NCBI GenBank assembly: GCA_044892525.1
Contig: CM097885.1
Span: 67,270,001 to 67,334,000 of the forward strand
Origin: Schmidtea polychroa
Taxonomy: Eukaryota
Length of the DNA: 64,000 bases
Direction of reading: 5' to 3'
Part shown: piece by piece, positions 14,090 through 29,000 of the stretch
Layout of the letters: each line of letters begins with the position of its first letter
Numbering within the stretch: position 1 is the stretch's first letter
The notes under the pieces: generated by a model
The model's input: the letters and a program-made list of their open reading frames with translations, nothing else
Told to the model about the DNA's origin: nothing
Database searches by the model: none
Position numbers and translations under genes: made by a program

Positions 14090-17000
14090 AATAATATTAA
14101 TAACTTCCTTCGTTTTTAATTAATTATTTCTTGGTTACTTTCATTATAAATAACATCTTCCTCATTGATTTCAACAATTTCATAATCGCTATTATCTACG
14201 TCTGCTATAAGTACTATTTTCTTCAAACGAGAAATATCCATTTTCAAAAGAGCCAATTAATAACTTTTATAAAAAAAATTAATTCAAAGATATTTTACAA
14301 ATATATTTTAAAATTCTATATTGACAACTCTATTCTAATTTTCATCTTGTTAAAAAAAACATTTTATCAAATATAAATATTTTACGACATAATAAAATTT
14401 TCAACATGCTATTTTTATTCAAGATTAAACAATTATTATTAATATTGATAAGACTTTTAGTTTTCTTTTGGGATTCACAGTCAAATTTTCATTTATCCAG
14501 GATTTTGTACTCATATTTGAATACTCAGTATAATTATTAAGATATAAGTGAAGACTCAATTATATACTCGGTTCGTTAATGAATGTCGTAGTCCTTTCAA
14601 CACATCTTAGGAGATAAATGTTTCATGTAGTAATTGCAAAATTCTGATATTGACTTTTACCTTTTCATAGGATACAGTATGAAGTTATAATAATATTTCA
14701 GGATTTTATTGTTAGAATTATACTGTGTTTCAAGGGAGAATATTCGTTTCAAATCAAATTTTCCTCATTTTCTTTTAAATTTCCAAAAAACAATGATTAT
14801 GATGCGAAGTTCTCAAACTTAAAAGTAAAGGAAACTTGATGAAACAAAATCATGCATTTAAATAAATAAAGCTGATTAATTACCTTCCATGATTGGTTAG
14901 ATCCCGATCCTAGTGACTGTCAAGTGTGGAAGTTAGTACGATCAGTAGGTAAAAAGAAAGCCAACCAGTGTATTTCCCAAGTCTATCCTACCAACGACAA
15001 TCTTCTAATGCAGCTGGTTATGTGAAAGAGCTAAATTTCTATATATTATGAAGTAAACACTAATCAGAGTAGTGAAAGAAATGTCAGAGGTCCATCAATT
15101 AACAATGAGCAAGAAAAACAATACTTCAAAATTGAATAGAAGAGATGAGAAAAATTAAACGAATGAAAAAATTAACATTTCGACGTAATGGTGAATTAAA
15201 TGAGAGTAGAATTTGAGAATGCGAGAGTCTCGGGAGCTTTGCGAAGTAAATAGAAGTAAACAGGAGAAAATGAGTTATGTCTGGTATGAAATGAAAAAAG
15301 ATGTATATGTTTTCAATGTTTATTCTGATCACTTTTTTTTTAAATTTCCATTATTAATTTTATTAATACTTTTCTAAACTGATGGTTTATCGTTTCATCA
15401 TCAATAAAAAATAACCTGCTACGAAACATCTATTAGTACAGTAAGACAAATAACAAAATAATCTATTATCGACGCTCGTATCAGTAAATAATACAATTAA
15501 AAAATCGTCAACGGGAATGCCATCAGATCATTGAGAGTTCCTTTATTTCCATGATAAATTCACAAATTACATTAAAGAAAGAAATTAGACCATTTCCAAA
15601 ATAGAAACAGCCACTCGGGAAATTTAGAACTGCTAGAGGTTAACGGACCAGAAAAACATAAGTCCAAAAAAATCTTGTAAAATCGATGGTAGGTGTTATC
15701 CACTGGCATCATCGGAATGTTTAGACGATTTCTCTTGAATAACATACGATTAATAGAGAATTGATCACATTGAACCACGAAACTTGTTTAAACATTGTTT
15801 GAACTGTCGAGCGGTGACCGATCTGCGAAACCCAACATCGAAATCAACAATACGATATGAGGTCAACTGTATATATGTATACGTAGTTGCGGCATGAACT
15901 TATGGAAAATTGTCGAGTTCAGTGAAATTTGAAGTGACCATCGATGTCCGAGAATATTGCATTTGAATTAGATAAGCAGTGTATGACATCCTCAATGAAG
16001 TTCGTCCATATTATCTTTCTCTACAAACCAAGATTTGTTTCGTGGCGAAGTGAAAAGACAATGGTGACTGAGATAAACCAAATAAATCTATCGTCACAAA
16101 TTACAATGCCACTATCCTGACTGTTATTAATATTTATGTAAATGAAAATGTGATAATTACTATTATTGTTGTTACGCTTATTTTCATTGCTATTACCGTA
16201 AATTATTGCACTCATTATTATCAACATTATAATAAATTAGTATACGTATTATTGTTATTGCCATGATTCTTGATGCCCAATGATGCGGTTGAGATTGTTA
16301 TTGTTGCTATTACTCAGTAGATTTTTATTATTGTTACAATAAGCGCTATTATTAAAATTAAACTTCATTCGTGAGATTACCATTGTCAGGGGTAATTGAT
16401 TTTCTATCAACATAATGGGTCTTACTATCTTCATCACTAGGGTCATCAATTCCGGCTATGAGAACTCTTAAGCCTCGTGAATTATATTGATACCAATATA
16501 ATTGTGATTAGGGTCTTCTAGATTCTCAATATATTTTCTTCTATTATCTTCAGTGGATAGATCTTTCAAAAAGTTTAGATTGAATGTAGCTCATTACACT
16601 GTCGAAGTGGTCAGGCAAGAGTCGCTAGTACGGAGGTCCAGGCGAATGGAATTGAACTCGTTTTGAACGGAATTTGTGGAAAAATTAAACCAGATGATTG
16701 ACTTCCAGTGGAAATAAATAGAAGAAGACCAGGCGGCAATGCGAGGTTTGAGGATCACTATTCGGTAGCAGATTCGACGCCTTGCTATTCTAAGGACAGA
16801 ACATTTTATGGACGAGCGTTTGGAAAGGAACCGACTTATGTGGAACAGGAACTCATCTTAGCTGTACCAATACTCGCGCCCAGGTCGTCGAATTGGACAA
16901 TAATCTCGCCTGCTACAGGGAAAAGTCTTCCCTTAAAACCTTGTCCGAGGAAAGCGAAAGGAATCGCTCAGGACCTAAAGAACTAGCGGATGGCTGGCCA

Positions 17001-20000
17001 ATCACAAGATTTCCTAGGCCAAATCAAAATAGGTGACGTAACAGGAGGATAAAATAATTATTAATTAACACAGTTATTGTCCTTTTACTCTTCTGTTTAT
17101 GTTGATTTTGAATTATTAAAACTTTAAATTTTTTGTTCGTGGGATCTTGATCACTTGCGGATGAGTATGGAGAAGTTTCGTCTACTTGATTAGTTGATTG
17201 TATACAAGAGGGTGCGAGTGATAGTTATGACTTGATACTATCTACAGTAACTCTATGAACTCAGAGGAACGTTAGTGAATATTAGTCCTTGAATTTGGGC
17301 TTACCTGTCCTGTTATGACAGTCGCTCATTAGTGAACAGAACTAACATTGCTTGCGATAGGTTCATTGTAGAAATAACATTCTAAGGTATTGTAATAGAG
17401 GGAAAATAGTTGAAAAACAATGTGTAGGTAAGCTTTTCCTCCAAAACTACTTTTCACTGAACTTTCACAGACGGTCCTTGACTACAGATTAAAGGATTTG
17501 TGTCATCTCTCTTATTTGTTTGTTCAACTTAATCTTACTTTTATTTTATATTTTCATATCCTTACAGTAATTGCTTTACAAGTTTAAATTATTTTTACGC
17601 AGCGTAGATTAAATAAATAGGTAAGTCAATCATACCAGACAGAATACATTTATTCCTATGTACATCCTGAGTTTCACACCTACACATCCCAATCAACTTA
17701 AAAACAAGGAATTTCTATGTCTTTCTAGTCAATCACAATTACTGATCTTCAAGAAAAATCGGTAATTTTTGTTATTGTTATCCCAATTTTGGCTCTTGTT
17801 TGTTACACATGCAAAGGATTCTTATGCGAAGTTTTTCTTGGATTTTAATTGACCACTGGGGGCCTCTATACCCACCAGCTGCTTTCTTGTCTCGTTTTTT
17901 ACATCCCAATATGGATATTGAAATTGGTGCTCTAGTATTCCCCTAAGTATCGTATTTATAAATTCGGAGGTACCTAGATTCTATTGAATTATTTGAGTGA
18001 TTAAAATTTAAAATAAAACAATTTACATTATTCACTCAAAATTTATTAATTGGGGATTTAATTAAACTGACTTTGTATTTGAATTCTCGTTCGTTTACAT
18101 CACAATCATATCTCATCATCCTTCATATTCGTATTTATATAGTTTCAATTGTACTGGTGAAGCTCCATGGGTAATCTCATGTTGTAACGCAACATTCTCA
18201 CACCAAACCCTTTTCTTACTGAGAATTTCTTTGAACCATACATATTTATATCAACTGAAAATTTCCGACCGAGATCAAAGGGAATCAGTTTTTTGATTTT
18301 CACTTGAGATAGAAATAAATGTTTCGTTCTCTATAAGGATAGGTGAAAATTTTTGTTTTCATAGTCAACATCAAACGGAAATATTTTTAGCAAAATTGAG
18401 ATCGAGATAATTTACTATTCTTCAGGGGGGAAATTTGTATTTTGAAGTTAACTTGCTATCCTAAATTTATCACATATCTCCAGTGAGTCCACAGAAATTT
18501 CCCTGGTGGTCAGCAACCAATGCCTGAAATCTTTGTTTTTCTAAATAGAAAGACGAAAGGAAATACATTTTGTTATTGTTTCAATATAATGATTGATGAA
18601 GATAGAAAAACAGAGGTTTTGATTTTGTATTTACTTTTAGTTATATTGGAAATCATATGCCGTATTCTTGTTTATATTGACATTCAGAAATACATTTTTT
18701 AAAAACGTTAGGAAAATTAGCCTTAAATTAATAATTAATTATTAATTAATGAAATTGATTGAACACACGAATAAATTTCTAATAAAGAAAGCAACCGAGC
18801 ATAAGGATAACAATGATGATTCCTCAGACACATCTTCATAATCTGAGTGTAAATCAAACGCAGTTCCGGAGAAAAGAAGACGAATTTTGATACGATGGTA
18901 AAATGAAAAGTATTTGCTGTTTGGGTTGATATAGATCATAGTAAATGATCAACCTAGACCACAGTGTCTAATATATTCGCAAATTCTTGCAAATTAAGTG
19001 ATAACACCTAAAAAACTTCGAATACATCTTAAAACTAATACTTTTTGAGCAAGAAAATCCACTTAATAATCAGAAGGCCAGCATACAACAAGCAATGAAA
19101 ATCAGTTCCTATTTCAAACTATACAATTCAACGACGTATTTCTTTGGAAGCAGCTGACGTTGAAGAACAGTTGATTTCAATGATGCAAGATTGTAAAGAA
19201 ATCGCTATTTGATTGGATAAATCGACTGATATTTCCGGTCGTGCAAAAATAATGGTTTATATTTTTTGTTTTGTAAAACTTTTCCGCGTCAAACAACTAG
19301 TGATATCCTTGATAATTATATGGTAGCAAATAGTATCGAATGGTCTTGGTGTATTAGAGTCTACGGCAATGGTGCTACAGCAATGACTGGAAACATTAAT
19401 TAACTTGTATATACGTATGTGCGTTAATACACCAACAGTTACATTTACTCACTGTATGATATATAAAAGAATGAACTCAGACATGAAATCTATTTTTGAA
19501 CAGAACATAAAAGTTGTTAATTTTATCAAGGTACATCCACTAAATTCTCGTCTTTTTGCTTAATCATATCCAAATATGGATCATGAACAAATACTGATGT
19601 GTACTGAAGTTCGCTGGTTATCAAGGAGAAAGTGTTTAACAGACTACTTGAATTATAGGATGTTGTGAGAAAATTTCAAAGAATTTAATCAATGTGAAAA
19701 ATGGGATTTACTATTTTGAGCGACATTAATAAAGTTTGGCTGATAAGAAGTCAGAGTAATTATCATGCAATTCTGCAACCTGTCATCGGGCATTGAACTG
19801 CTGAGTGTTTGACTTTATTACGTTCATATGTGAAAACTGGATTCACAAATTGTAAGTAGAGCCATACATGGTGAGTAGATGCAACTTTTTAACATTGGGA
19901 AACTGTTCCTTTTGGTTGCTTTCTGACCAAAACTTGAAAGTACCACTTTCTTTGAAATTTTTCTTCAATGAACTCGAATATTGGATATCGACAAGCAGCA

Positions 20001-23000
20001 AACTGCAGTGAACCTTCATCAAGCAAAGAAGTAGCTTCTTCGCATTTGAAGAAAAATCACTTTCAGGAGAAATTTTAAAGGGATCAAAATCACTTGAAAA
20101 ATCTTGTGCCGAAAATTAGTGAATATCAAAAAGCACATCGATATTTTTACTGATTCATAGTCAATTTTTTAATAAATATAAACTCGAATTTCCTGTCAAT
20201 ATTTATTTGATTGTTATCGTTTTTCAATTCTAATTGTTGTGATTCTTCACAATTTACAATTAAATCCCGTAAATACGTAAGCTTCACATTTCATCATATA
20301 ATCATTATATTCTGCAAGAAATTCTTTTATAACTTATTTCATTAGACACAATTTTCGAAGTAATGGAAATAAATTTCCAAGGTTCAAAACTTTTTATTTA
20401 AACAAAATTCGCAAATCACCAAAATCACTTTTTCAAACAAACAAAATCTGAAATAAAAAAGCATAACATTAAAATTAATTTCCAAAAAACTTGAATAATC
20501 CAAATTAAAAAATCGAAATATCTCGTGAAACCTCGCGTCTATGTGAGCACACAGGATAGAAATACCTTCGCAACGCGCACACAGATGCGACANNNNNNNN
20601 NNNNNNNNNNNNNNNNNNNNNNNNNNNNNNNNNNNNNNNNNNNNNNNNNNNNNNNNNNNNNNNNNNNNNNNNNNNNNNNNNNNNNNNNNNNNNNNNNNNN
20701 NNNNNNNNNNNNNNNNNNNNNNNNNNNNNNNNNNNNNNNNNNNNNNNNNNNNNNNNNNATCATTTAGATGGAGATCAGATCCTTCAATATTTAATTTCAA
20801 GCTTCATTCGGATTCAGTTTTTCGTTCGGAAAACGTGACGAATTTTTTTAGTGGGTTTTTTTAATGTTATGTATAATATTGATATTGATATTTATTTCGT
20901 TATTTTAAGTCTGCTCAATTAATATTTTGCAGTGATTGCACTAAATTGAATCAACATTGTGTAAATTATTAATTTAAAATATGTTAATAAGTTAGAAATG
21001 TTAAAAAGGCGATTAAATGTAGTTTGTGTCATTTACTTATATCACTTGTTAAAGTTCTGTTTTTCGCTTCAAACCTCAAGTAAAATTTTTAATTTATAAA
21101 AATGATTTAGCATCAAATTATAAGGATTTTAGATGAAAATAATACAATAAGTCGTCGACTTAAGTAACATTGATTACATTGATTCAGGTAATGAAATAAG
21201 AAGTTTCACGAAAGTTTTCATTCCGAAATATTTAGGAGGTTGTCCCAAAAGTTATGTGCTGTTGAAATAATCAACTTTTTATTACGTGAGTCTCGTAAAA
21301 AAAATATAAGAAAGTGAATAATAATATGTCAGTATAACAAAATTTTCAGTATTATGCAATTATTCTTTAATTCCGGATAGAGCTTGCAATACCGGGATCC
21401 CGGTATTACCGACATTTTTAATACCGTTCAATACCGGTATTAATGACCACTTAATACCGGTATCCGGTATTAAATTTTTTTGCTGTAAGTTAACATTCAT
21501 ATCATTTTTATTTAACTATTTTATTTTTTATAAGTAATTAGCATATGTTTAGGTGTTGTCATGTTTAAAGATTAAATCTAATTTTGAAATTTAAAATCAT
21601 AATTATAATTAATAATCATTAATTCAATTGATAAATAGCAGATAGGTAAAGGTAAGTTAAAAGTGTGAAAATTAATTATTGTATAAGTAAAATTTTTATT
21701 TTCTATATATTTATATAGATAGCGGCGCTATCATAGCGCACTGCTGCGGTTTTTTTAAAAATTAAAAATAATAAAGAATAGCAAGATTTCTGCCGTTTTA
21801 ATAAGTGGGTACAAATATTCAAAAAATTCTGTAATTTACTTAAAGTTAAAACGCTGTTTTTTTAGCCATGGAAAACTATGTTTTTGAGGAAAAATCAGCT
21901 GATGAAAATTCCGTATGGTTCTATTTTCTTCGTGAGAAAAAGGGACAAATTTCAAAATGTAAGAAGTGTAACAAAGTAATAAAGACGCAAGGAGGTAGTA
22001 CAAGTGGTTTGCATACCAACCTAAAGACACTCCACCAAATTAATTTAAAAAAAAGGAATGCTCCGAGCTCCAACCTCCTGATTGAAATTGAGCCAGAACC
22101 ATCAACTTCTAAAGTGAACAAAGTTTCTAGCGGGAAAATAACAACATTTTTCGTTTCGGAAACGGACAATTCTTTGCCTGCAGTTTTTGCTCGTATGACG
22201 GCATGTGACGGTTTGTCGTTTAACATATTTTGCACTTCCGTGGATATCAGAAAAGGTTTAACTGCCAGAGGGTATGAAAATATACCAAAATCTATAAACT
22301 CTATAAAAAATTTAGTTGTGCAGTACAGTGAAAAAATTCGTGCAAATATGATTAAAGAGTTAGAATCTCAAATTCTTTCGGGACAACGATTTAGTCTTAC
22401 ATTTGATGAATGGACATCGGTAAAAAACCGACGTTATTTAAATATAAATGTTCATGCTGGCATCAAGAAATTCTGGAACCTAGGATTAGTTCGCGTGCAA
22501 GGATCATTGCCTGCAGAAAAGTGTGTTGCCATCGTTGAAGAAAGGCTTAAATTATTCCAAGTTTCTTTAAATAAACACATTGTGTGCATTACAACCGATG
22601 GTGCATCTGTCATGACCAAAGTTGGAAAGTTGATTTGTGCAAGGAAACAACTTTGCTTAGTTCACGGAATTCAATTGGCTGTCATTAAGGTTTTATATAT
22701 AAATATGACACACCAAAATTTAGAAAATGAACATTCTAATTGTAACGTATACAAGTAGTATACAAGTATTATATAAGTGATCAAAATGATAGTGATCTTG
22801 ATGATAATAGTTTATCCATACTTCAAGAAAACAATGCAATTGACTGTTTAATTATTCATGAACAGATAGGGCCATTGATTAAAAAAATAAGAAAGGTTGT
22901 GAAGCTATTCAGACGTTCGCCAATGAAAAATGATAAAGCTTTACAGAAACATGTTAAAGAACAATTTGGAAAGGAACTGAATTTAATTCTAGATTCTAAA

Positions 23001-26000
23001 ACACGTTGGAATAGCTTACTTGCCATGCTAGAACGCTTTGTCCAGTTAAATAACTGCATACAAAAGGCTTTGATTGATTTAAATTTAAATGCCGAAATAT
23101 CATTTTCGGAAATTGATTTTTCTTTAGCATCATCAGTTATTTCAGTTCTTCTTCCAATCAAATTAACTGTTGAAGCTTGTTGTCGTCAAGATGCTACTCT
23201 TCTTATCGCAGATGCAGCTTTACTATTTATGTTTAATCAATTGACAGAACAGAATACTGCTTTAAGTAATGAATTCAAAGAAGAGCTAATTATTCGTATA
23301 AAACAAAGGCGTACTGATTTATCGAGTCTACTACAATACCTGCACAATCCTACTGAATCAGCAGATGACGACCAAAATGAAATTTTTAATCGAATTAACA
23401 ACGCAACAATTATAAAAATAATTATAAATTTATTGGAACGCTTATATACTATCGATGTCATCGATATTGAAAACATAGGAGCCTCTTCCATCGACGTTTC
23501 TGAGTTACCTGCTGATTCTGAGCCAGAAATTCTAAGTTCGATGACAATGAACGAAAACCTAGAAATGGCAATTTCCAAGAAAGTTAATGTGATGAAGACT
23601 GCGAGTGGAATTTCAAAAACGATGAATTCTAAAGTACTTTATAAAGTTATAAAACAGGAACTAGCATACTTCGAAGTAGAACATATTAGAGGAAAATATC
23701 TTCAACTAGTATATGACTGCCTTATGTCCATACCACCAACTAGCGTCGAGTCCGAAAGAGCCTTTTCAGCAGCAGGGCTGTTGTGCACAAAAATTCGATC
23801 CAGCTTAAGCGACAAAACTCTTGATAGTTTAACATTTTTGAGGGCATATTTTAAAGGCAAATCACAAGTTGTGATTCACAACAATAGGACATAGGACTTA
23901 TTATTCTTATATATTATTAATTATATTATTACTCTTTTTTTATTTTATATTTTTTTTGTCTTTTGTGGCACTTTAAAAAAAAGTTTATTGTTTCGAATAA
24001 TTCGTTATTGAATTAAATATATTTTTTTCTATTTTTTGCGGTGTAGTTTTGCTTTTTTTGTTTTTTCTTAAATACCGGTATTAATACCGGGATCCCGGTA
24101 TTAATATAATGAAATACCGAAATACCGGTTTTGAAAATTTGATCCGGTATTGCAAGTCATAATTCCGGACCTTGAGTCTCGGTTAATTTTCCACAAATTT
24201 CGAAATTAAGGAATACATTATAAAAGGGATTTTGATAAAAATTTTGAAAAAATTTTTTACACTCAAAAAATATATTATATTATTGAGATATAATTAATTT
24301 TTAAACAAACTATTTCAAAAATCAATATAATTCACAGTTTTTACAACAAAACTACGACTTTTCTTGGGAATAATTTCTCAAAAAATACGAAGAAATTCTT
24401 GACAATTTCATAATTATGAATTTTAATGAAGTATTTATAAAGATATTAAATGATACAATTTCAACTATTTTATGCCTTCAGAATTGTATCCTTAGAGACT
24501 TAAATAGGGAGAAATACAAAAATAGTCATTCAACATTTTTTTACTTATTTTATTTATTTATAAAGTATATTCTCCTTCTTTGTTTTACTTCCATAATTTG
24601 AAAAAATGTGTATATACAATTTTTTCTCAGTGATGAGCAACTTCTTTTGGTAAAAGGCTAAATTCAAAACATTTACTCATCCTAGCTCGACTTTATTGGG
24701 CTTGCACATTTAATGTCACTTTGAGTCATAAATATAAATTATGTAGAGACATAAAATTCCATAACTAAATTATAGAAATGAACAATTAAAAAGGCAATAA
24801 ATCTCCTACTGGCTCAAAACGAGAGTATTTTGAAACATCAATATTCATTACCTTATATTCGCAGAATCATCTGTAAGGTTGACGCCCGTTGATTAGAAAG
24901 AACTACTTATGTTTAAATCTGGAATAAAACTAAAATCTATTGATAACAAATATATTCACTGCCGTCAAAATGATAATATTCATGGAAATGTATAAATTTC
25001 TGTATGTATTGGTCAAGAAATTGAGCTAGTCACTGAAATAGTCATGAACTAAAAGGATTGAAAACTCCTTGTTTGAAATATAGGACTGTTTTAATTTCAC
25101 TAACCCATTAAAAACCCTTATACAGGTTTCTTTTAAACTAAAATACCTTAATTCGTGAGTTTAGGTGGTTTAGTCTAGTCGAACAGTCAAGTTAATCTTT
25201 ATAAATTTATTTCGACTTTGGTTGGGTTGTAAAAAGACAATATTGAGTTCGATACTTTATGTCAAATTAATGAATTCTTATTCTTTTTTGATATCTTAGA
25301 AATAAAATGGCATTAATTATATATAAAATATCGGTTCACTTTAATCCTCTACACCAGTGATTCCCTTTGGTTCCGCGAGATTTCGAGCTCTGGCACTAGA
25401 TATTTTCAGAAATTTTAGGAATTTATTAAAAATAAGAGTATTAACAAAAAGTAAAGACACTTTCGGTAAATTTAATGGATTTTGAGAAAACGAGAAAGAT
25501 TGCTGGTGGTTGACTGTTAAGATCTTATTGTCATTAGTTATTTACTGGTTAATTATAATGATATTGTTATCGGTTGTGATTAGAGGGTGCCTTTTCCCGG
25601 GTTTTTTCTGTTCCCGTGAAACGGGAATTTTAAAAAAAAATTTCTGGGAATCCCGGGAATATCGGGAACAGAAAAAAACCCGTGAAATGTTTTCTGGAGA
25701 AAAAGTTATAACTTTAATATAACAAAGGCATGTTTTTAACTAGTTTTAAAATAATATTCTATCCAATAAATAAATACATATTAATTGTATCTTTTTAAAT
25801 TTATTGGTTTAATAAATAAGTTTTTAAAAAACAAAGACAATCAAGCGAGTAGTTGCTTAACGAAGTTCTTTTTTTTGTACAAAAATTTGACGACGCCGAG
25901 ATACCTTTTCACTTTTGACCGAGCTGGTGAAATGCATCCAACAAATCTTGCAAATTTTTTGTTATATTTTTTGTACAACCGTATATTTGAAATTCTTGTT

Positions 26001-29000
26001 TTAAATTTTTTGTTTGAGTACCTGTAAATCTTTCTTCAAACCTTTTAGTTTTTAATGCTGCATTTATGGCACCATTTAGCCTTTCATTTATATCTAGAAC
26101 TAAACAGTTTTGAGCTGCAAATGAATCTTCCTCACAAAGTATATCGTCATCAACACCAGCGCATTGATTCTCTTTTTCGAATAACCGTATAAATATTTTA
26201 TTAGCACAGTGAATAATGTAGCCATTGATGATGAAGGCAAGTAAATCTAGTGTGTGAATATACTTAATCAAAGTTACAAGATGTTGATTTCTCCGTTCTC
26301 TAATAGGAATAATTAGAACGTCCAACAACTCTTTTAAGATATTACCGTATTTTCGCGCATAAACCCCGCATACGCGCATAACCCGCACACGCGTATGCCC
26401 TGCACAAATTACAAAATAAGTAAAAACAAAATCGTACGACCGCACCCTTATATACCCCGCATGTGCAAAGTGAGACTTGCCGTAAACTACCAGTACATAA
26501 GGTTGTTGCTTATCAGACGTCTGTCCCTCGAGACGCAATCGTACTGCAGTTGTTGTTCCAACAAGCGATACATGGAGTGCAACACGCGTGTGAAATACGA
26601 TACGAGCCTACGTCGTATCTGTAGTATGTTGTTTTGACAGAAAGTCGTTGACCTAGTTATCTGGTGATGGTAGGAGAAAGATTTGCTGCAGCAGCTGAGC
26701 TGGGCCCTACGATTGGCCTGATTGTGCATCGGCTGGTGCTCGGCCTTATTGTGTAGGCTATTAATTCCTGGGGTAATCAGCAGCACGGGTATTCTTGTAG
26801 TTTGAACTTCGTAGCGTATAGTGTGCAGCACGTGCAATTAAAGTGTATTAAAAAAAGTGTATAAATTCTAATCAGTACTCAGTAAAGTCTTTTAAGCCTA
26901 AAAATGCCAAAGCGTAGTTCATATACAGCCGATTTTAAGCTGCAAGTTTGTGCAGTTGCTGCTACAAAGGGCAATAGAGCTGCTGGAAGACAGTATGACG
27001 TTGATGAAAAGTCAGTTCGCGAATGGCGAAAAGACATTGAAAGTCTACAGCAAATTAATCCCCGCAAAAGAGCTCGTCGATGGGGAAAGGTTAGATGGCC
27101 ACAGCTGGAGACAAACCTCGCAGCGTGGGTTCGCTCTCAGCGTGAAAACAACAGGGCAGTGTCAACTGTTGGTATCAAACTGAAGGCGAAAAAAATGGCT
27201 GCTGAAATGAAGATGGATAATTTCACTGGTAGCAACAACTGGGTTTTTAAATTCATGACACGTAATCAGCTGTCGGTTCGTGCACGGACAACTGTTGGCC
27301 AGAAACTGCCAGAGAATTGGGAAGTGAAAGTTAACGACTTTCAGGAATTTGTTAGAAAGGATATCGTTGAACAGAATTTAAATCCTTCTGCTGTCTATAA
27401 TATGGATGAGGTACCCATGTCTTTTGATATTCCGGCAACTCGCACTTTAGCGGAAAGTGGTTGTAAAACGGTTGCTATTACCACAACTGGACATGAACGC
27501 ACCTGCTTCACGGTTGTCCTGGCGTGCTCAGCTGCCGGTGAGAAGTTGAAACCATTGATTATATTCAAAAGAGTGACAATGCCACGTGAGAAACTGCCTC
27601 AGGGAGCAATCGTACTGTGCAACAAAAAAGGATGGATGAACACGGACGTGATGAAAGAGTGGACTGAACGATGCTTTCGTGCTAGACAGGGTGGATTCTT
27701 TCTGTCAAAGTCGTTGTTGATTTTTGATGCAATGGCTGCACACAAAGAGCCGTCTGTTCACAAACAGATCAATAAGACCGGTGCGCACATTGATGTCATT
27801 CCGGGTGGCTTAACGTGTAAGCTTCAGCCACTTGACATCGCTGTTAATCATCCATTCAAGTGTTTTGTCCGCAACGAATGGGAGAAATGGATGAGTGAAG
27901 GAGAACACACATTCACACCATCAGGAAAGCAGAGACGTGCTACGTACATTGAAGTATGCAAATGGGTTCTGGCAGCGTGGCAGCAAATCAGCACTGAAAC
28001 TATTCGCAATGGTTTCAAGAAGGCTGGCCTGCTAACAGTTAGTGAAGCTAATTCAGAGCCAGCAGTAGAGGGCAGCTTCATTTCGGCCGGCAATGTGAAC
28101 GCTGATACTGACGATGATGATAGTGATGAAGAGTCGATTTATGACCCAACTGCTGTTGCCAACATGCTTCGCTTATTTGAAGAAGACAGTGAATATGATA
28201 CGAGTTTCGATGGCTTCACTAACTATAGCGAGGACAGTGACATTAGTGAGACTGGCGATTGATTGCGGCTGTATTGCATGCATTGTAGTCTATACGTTTC
28301 GACACTACTGGTATCGGCAAATTAGTTTAGTTGCTTACCTACTTGTTACATTTGATTACTAGTATATTAAAGATTCTCTGCCGCATCGGTACTATTTGTT
28401 TTCTTGAGGTTTATAATGAGATGTTCATAAAGCTTTCCAATGTACATTTCACAACCACACAGCGAACTATAGGAGGTATAAAGACCCACCGGTATGTCCA
28501 TAGTTTCCGTTATGCTATGTTTATGAGTAAAATAAATTTTGTAAACCCCGCACCTTTGTATACCCCGCACAGCTGCCATTCGTTTGGAAAAACTTGTATA
28601 ACCCGCGGGTTATATGCGCGAAAATACGGTATTGTTGTTTCCACGCAAAGAATCAAATAAAAATTTCAAAATCGCATCGGCTGTTACAAGATTTGCATCC
28701 CGTCTACCTAATGCTTCAAGAGCTAATTTAATGAGCTGCAGTGCGCTCTAAACATTTGACAATATTAAAATGCTATTTTCATTCAGTAAAGTAGGCGAAC
28801 CTAATACATTCAATGCCTTCCGAACTGAGTCAATAATTTTTAAAAATCTTTCTATCATGGTGACAATGCTGTTCCATCTTGTCTTACAATCTAAAAGCAA
28901 ACTCAGTTTTATCCCATGCTTTTCTTTGACATGTTCTTTAAGTATGGAATTTCGTTTTAGTGATCTTTTAAAAAATTTTACAATATTTCTTATCATTTTC

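Noticed and set aside
21921-23578. Antisense ORFs over the hAT transposase (and similar ones over the pogo and hATm ORFs)
   Set aside because: Shadow ORFs of real coding strands, with no independent motifs.
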